Source: an uncultured Gemmatimonadales bacterium (GTDB taxonomy: Bacteria; Gemmatimonadota; Gemmatimonadetes; Gemmatimonadales; GWC2-71-9). From it: DNA of 64,000 bases. This document shows, piece by piece, positions 61,801-64,000 of this stretch (positions are counted from its first letter, which is position 1; every line of letters starts with the position of its first letter). The translations under genes and the position numbers were made by a program. The notes beneath the pieces were generated by a model. That model worked only from the letters and a program-made list of their open reading frames with translations, was not told the DNA's origin and ran no database searches. The DNA is taken from positions 23,458-87,457 of the forward strand of contig CAWGRU010000017.1 of the NCBI GenBank assembly GCA_963825065.1, written 5' to 3'.

Positions 61801-62140
61801 CGACCGCCTGCTGCTCCAGCGCGAAATCCTGGGTGATGGTCTGGCCCGCCAGGATCCGCAGCGCCGTCAGCCGGACCGGCGCATATCCGATAAACCGGAC
61901 CAGCAGGTCGACCGGCCCGGGCTGGACGTTGTTGATGAAGTAGTAGCCGCGAAGATCGGCCACGGCGATCGCGGTGGTGCCCTCGACATGGACCTGCGCC
62001 CCGGGAATCGGAGCACCGGACTGATCGCGGATCCGGCCGTCCAGCTTTCCGGTGGCCTGGGCGTGGAGCGGGGTCGCACTCATCAGGAGCGCGATCGCGC
62101 CGAGCCCGACCACCGGCAGGTGCGGGAGTGCGCCAGTCAT
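58823..62140 (-). CDS. TonB-dependent outer-membrane receptor with N-terminal carboxypeptidase-regulatory-like domain
   Basis: It has a signal peptide, a CarboxypepD_reg-like domain (GKLDGRIRDQSGAPIPGAQVHVEG...GYYFINNVQPGPVDL), a plug, and a long barrel ending ...RIRVGVEIDF. ATG 62140 overlaps the upstream stop (ATGA). Confidence 0.9.
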   Translation of the reverse strand: MTGALPHLPVVGLGAIALLMSATPLHAQATGKLDGRIRDQSGAPIPGAQVHVEGTTAIAVADLRGYYFINNVQPGPVDLLVRFIGYAPVRLTALRILAGQTITQDFALEQQAVDIGEIEVVSAFNVLVPRDEVTSKQRLNGDFVSKLPIDRIANVLALQPGVVADPRGGALNIRGGRTDEAATFIDGVPVSAGTRGTGYPLVTVARSNLIVGTKAFEEASITTGAYSAEFGNAQSGIINIQTRSGGSKLAGSASFETDQPFGVNHGPGFNRIEASISGPVAKSLSFAVSTALEGQQGLDNGFDAQKTPEFVVAGVDTTVVITDSLGNVRNFDIPRFAIARGDCRLFAHAGSAGLQGAGATAIKEIRSNYSLGCLGVRSAYTPRSTLTASGKLTYSFGTGSRLSLSGNVSQTQTRVDNNSNYILAPRLQTAQQLRSQVYILNWSQNLSKSSERALNLETYLSYQEDRTQQGNLTPQGELDSRSAFGGFLVKPLDFQWNFKNFPITRQLINDFRDGTGPASPLDPHSNLFEVTPYFLNPYGVASDNFNFYRVSVGSDIGNLAYLRLSRERRYVGKANLDWQVDRYNRVRFGGEYTAYRLAHYLRVPADQEANCFCDAYIENPIRYDLFAENTLDLGDLVVVGGVRYDYYDSRAFHPFNPDSGYQFPYTARSIGNRAAYRRDRSHNYLSPHVQVSFPVTERTNFRLSYAHQVQVPDFSLIYAGINTDINFTNGNQAFGTDLGFGKTVTFEFGIRHAFSEDMVLDLALYSKNKLSDVSARQFKNLAGADDKPQEVQFYTNSDFGIVRGIDIRLDRRIGSLFNGTLAYTYQNALSTGTDPSSTVSYFAALPTSNGVQGGAPQAVLNTTDSRPHNLAGSAALTFPNDWHRGSTIGTILQSTGFFATFRLASGTPYTSCPAGDQAPLNAGILSGDVCGSRVTGSQDLLSTRLPVFKQFDLRVTRGFSLGGLDLTLYGDFRNLFNFRNALRVFAVNGNTSNPLDFAQFFAGDSSRTALEGLTNGSAVYDNATGTLDLTGANCDSWRSSNSTASGPVNCVMIRRAEQRFGDGDGIYTVAEQRRASRSRYDAIRGSLANFLDLPRRIRVGVEIDF

Positions 62141-64000
62141 TGCGGCCCGGGAGGGTCGTTCTGCCCGGTCAGGTGCCGGAGCGCGACCTTCGCCTCGTCG
62201 ACCAGGTGCCGATGGGCCGGGGTCGGCATGTCGTAGCGCCGCAGGAACTGCTGGTAGTGCTCGATGGCCAGATCGGCGCGGCCCTGCGCCTGCTCGATGC
62301 GCGCCAGCTCGAAATACGCGAGCGGCGCGAAGCGTGCGTACGTCGCAGCATCATCTCCGGGGTTGGCCTCGTGCCAGGCCAGCAACCGGACGGCCCTGGT
62401 GGTGTCGCCGAGCTCGAGCAGCCATCGCGACGCCGCCAGATGATCAATGGACCTCAAGGACGGGTCCCGGGGCTGGAACAACTCGGACTCCGTGGCGGCC
62501 AGGTCCAGCGCTGCCAGCGAGTCGGCGGCGAGACGCACCTCCCCCTTGAGCGCATGCTCAAAGGCGGCGAGCGAGCGATCCAGGAACACTGCTCCCTCGG
62601 CCCCGCTCTGCCGCGCGGCCACCCGTGCCGCCTCGAGCGCTCGAGCGTCGCGCCGGATCACGGCGACCATCCCGTCGGCCCAGGCCAGAGTGCCCCGTGC
62701 CTCCCTGGCCCTGAGGGAATCCTCCGGCGAGAGTCGGGATAGATAGCGCACGGCGGCCGCTCTTCGCTCGGTCGCCCGGGCCGTGTCGAGCCCTCCCAGC
62801 CAGCCCCCGACCACCGCGAGGGCATAGATGTCGACGCCCGACGCCTGATCGGGGCTCGCCGAAGCATAGCGGTCCCACGCCACGAGGACAGAATCCCAGG
62901 CGCCGCGTGCCACCCACGCGTAGGCGATCCCCCTCCACGCCCGCCCGACAGGAGTGCCCGCCGGTACGGCACGCATCCAGCGCCGATTGAACTCGATCTG
63001 CGCGGCAGGAAACCCGTTCGAGGCAAGAAATCCCGGAGGGCCCGGCCACTTCCTGCCGATGATGGCCGAAATGAGGCTGTCGAGCAGCGGGAGGGAGACC
63101 TGGCCATTGGCCGATTGGAGCACCCGCCAGAACAGGCCGGCATCGAAGCCGACATTCCTGCTATCCTCTGATTCGCTGGACCAGGCAGCGAGTCCCATCA
63201 GGGCCTGCAGGGCGCGTCCACTCTGCGCGGAGTCGTGACCGACGCTTGCCTGGAATAAATGCTTCCACATGGAGACCAGCCGCGGGTTCAGGTCCACCGT
63301 CCGCTGCAGCGCCGCCCGTGTCTCGGCATTGGTGTGCCCAATCATCCCCCCCTGGTGGAACAGATGGTCGGCGTAGTGGAACCACGCGGGCCAGTCGGAC
63401 GGGAACCGCTCGGTGATGGCCCGGAAGCGGGCCAGATGTGCGGAGTCGGGCAGCGAGTCGGAGGTCATCTCCGCTTCAATGAGCAGCCGGTCTCTCTCTC
63501 CGAAGGCGGACCGGTGGGATTCATAGCCCCGTTCCAGTACGGTGTCCGCTTCGCCATCGCTTACCCACCCCTGGGCCTCATTGAATTGCCAGCCGGCGAG
63601 CCAGAAGGTCGAGTCGGCCTTGATGGCGGCGGCGTAGGCGTCGGCGGCCTCGGCATACCGGTTGGCCACGCTCAGGCGCTCACCATCGAGAAAGGCGCGG
63701 AGGGCGAGGACCGAGTGGGTGGTGATGCTCCCGAGTCTGGGCGACGGCGGTTCGCCTCGACGCCAGACCTGGCGGAGGACTGCCCAGGTGATCGAATCAG
63801 TCAGTGCCCCGATCGAATCGGGAGAATTCAGTACGGAGACTCGCGCCAGCGGCTCGGAATCGCCGCTGGTTGACATCAGCTTCAGGTCGAGGCGCACATC
63901 GGAACCCACCTTGACGATCCCCCCGACGATCACGCTTCCCGCGCCAAGCCGCTTGCCCTCCGCGATCGCGTTGGGAAGCCACTGGCCACTCCGGGACTCG
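62137..64000 (-). CDS. TolB-N-like + TPR/helical-repeat protein, 5' end beyond the window (possibly the tail of a kinase or regulator)
   Basis: The frame stays open from the track GTG (63933) to nt 63999 (ESRSGQWLPNAIAEGKRLGAGS precedes it). The segment GAGSVIVGGIVKVGSDVRLDLKLMS resembles the same module as in 56547-58337, followed by helical repeats. Its stop TGA 62137-62139 overlaps the receptor ATG. Confidence 0.7.
   Translation of the reverse strand, partial: ESRSGQWLPNAIAEGKRLGAGSVIVGGIVKVGSDVRLDLKLMSTSGDSEPLARVSVLNSPDSIGALTDSITWAVLRQVWRRGEPPSPRLGSITTHSVLALRAFLDGERLSVANRYAEAADAYAAAIKADSTFWLAGWQFNEAQGWVSDGEADTVLERGYESHRSAFGERDRLLIEAEMTSDSLPDSAHLARFRAITERFPSDWPAWFHYADHLFHQGGMIGHTNAETRAALQRTVDLNPRLVSMWKHLFQASVGHDSAQSGRALQALMGLAAWSSESEDSRNVGFDAGLFWRVLQSANGQVSLPLLDSLISAIIGRKWPGPPGFLASNGFPAAQIEFNRRWMRAVPAGTPVGRAWRGIAYAWVARGAWDSVLVAWDRYASASPDQASGVDIYALAVVGGWLGGLDTARATERRAAAVRYLSRLSPEDSLRAREARGTLAWADGMVAVIRRDARALEAARVAARQSGAEGAVFLDRSLAAFEHALKGEVRLAADSLAALDLAATESELFQPRDPSLRSIDHLAASRWLLELGDTTRAVRLLAWHEANPGDDAATYARFAPLAYFELARIEQAQGRADLAIEHYQQFLRRYDMPTPAHRHLVDEAKVALRHLTGQNDPPGPQ

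Noticed and set aside
1-64000. rRNA, tRNA, tmRNA, CRISPR arrays, integrases, prophage or integron features
   Set aside because: Reading the intergenic regions, I saw no tRNA-like T-arm/acceptor patterns, no regularly spaced direct repeats and no integrase- or phage-like ORFs. This was a by-eye scan, so tRNAscan, Infernal and minced should confirm it.

Overview
This is very GC-rich bacterial chromosomal DNA. I did not compute GC. In the convincing ORFs the third codon positions are almost all G/C, and nearly every real gene is shadowed by long Arg/Pro/Gly/Ala-rich antisense or out-of-frame ORFs, which I discounted. The gene content suggests Gemmatimonadota or Acidobacteriota, by inference only: an ADOP-type duplicated FtsX permease, PF07638-type ECF sigma factors paired with Ser/Thr kinases carrying TPR tails, TonB-dependent receptors with a carboxypeptidase-regulatory domain, and many lipoproteins. 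I call about 55 protein-coding genes or pseudogenes. I recognised no rRNA, tRNA, CRISPR array, prophage or classical defence island. Main blocks, left to right: (1) the 3' end of a TonB-dependent receptor; (2) a four-gene operon with 4-nt overlaps (membrane protein, LytS-type kinase, LytTR regulator, DUF1624 membrane protein); (3) an orphan ADOP permease; (4) a DUF885-like lipoprotein and a quinone oxidoreductase; (5) a CGNR zinc-finger gene divergent from a lipocalin-like gene across a 64-bp super-palindrome; (6) a Cache-HAMP-GGDEF cyclase; (7) an SH3 lipoprotein and alpha-glucan phosphorylase; (8) two ECF-sigma/Ser-Thr-kinase modules plus two unlinked kinases; (9) a triple-repeat lipoprotein; (10) an S9 peptidase; (11) an MddA-like membrane methyltransferase; (12) aminopeptidase P; (13) a marR-doxX-VOC module behind a consensus promoter fused to a perfect 20-bp palindrome; (14) a cupredoxin/Ig-domain lipoprotein cluster; (15) an EEP-nuclease plus IS200-like Y1-transposase gene pair; (16) jelly-roll secreted proteins and a PLD lipoprotein; (17) an SLT transglycosylase with two tandem secreted paralogues; (18) a CPBP protease; (19) a roughly 7-kb patch (49.6-56.6 kb) with frameshifted, truncated or fragmentary genes; (20) a second, inverted TonB-dependent receptor paralogue translationally coupled to a TPR gene that runs off the right edge. 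I did not find a single clear-cut novel system. The most checkable unusual items are the regulatory palindromes, the EEP/Y1 pair, the sigma-kinase modules with a shared N-terminal kinase extension, the repeat lipoprotein, and the gene-decay patch with a displaced gene fragment and a hairpin.
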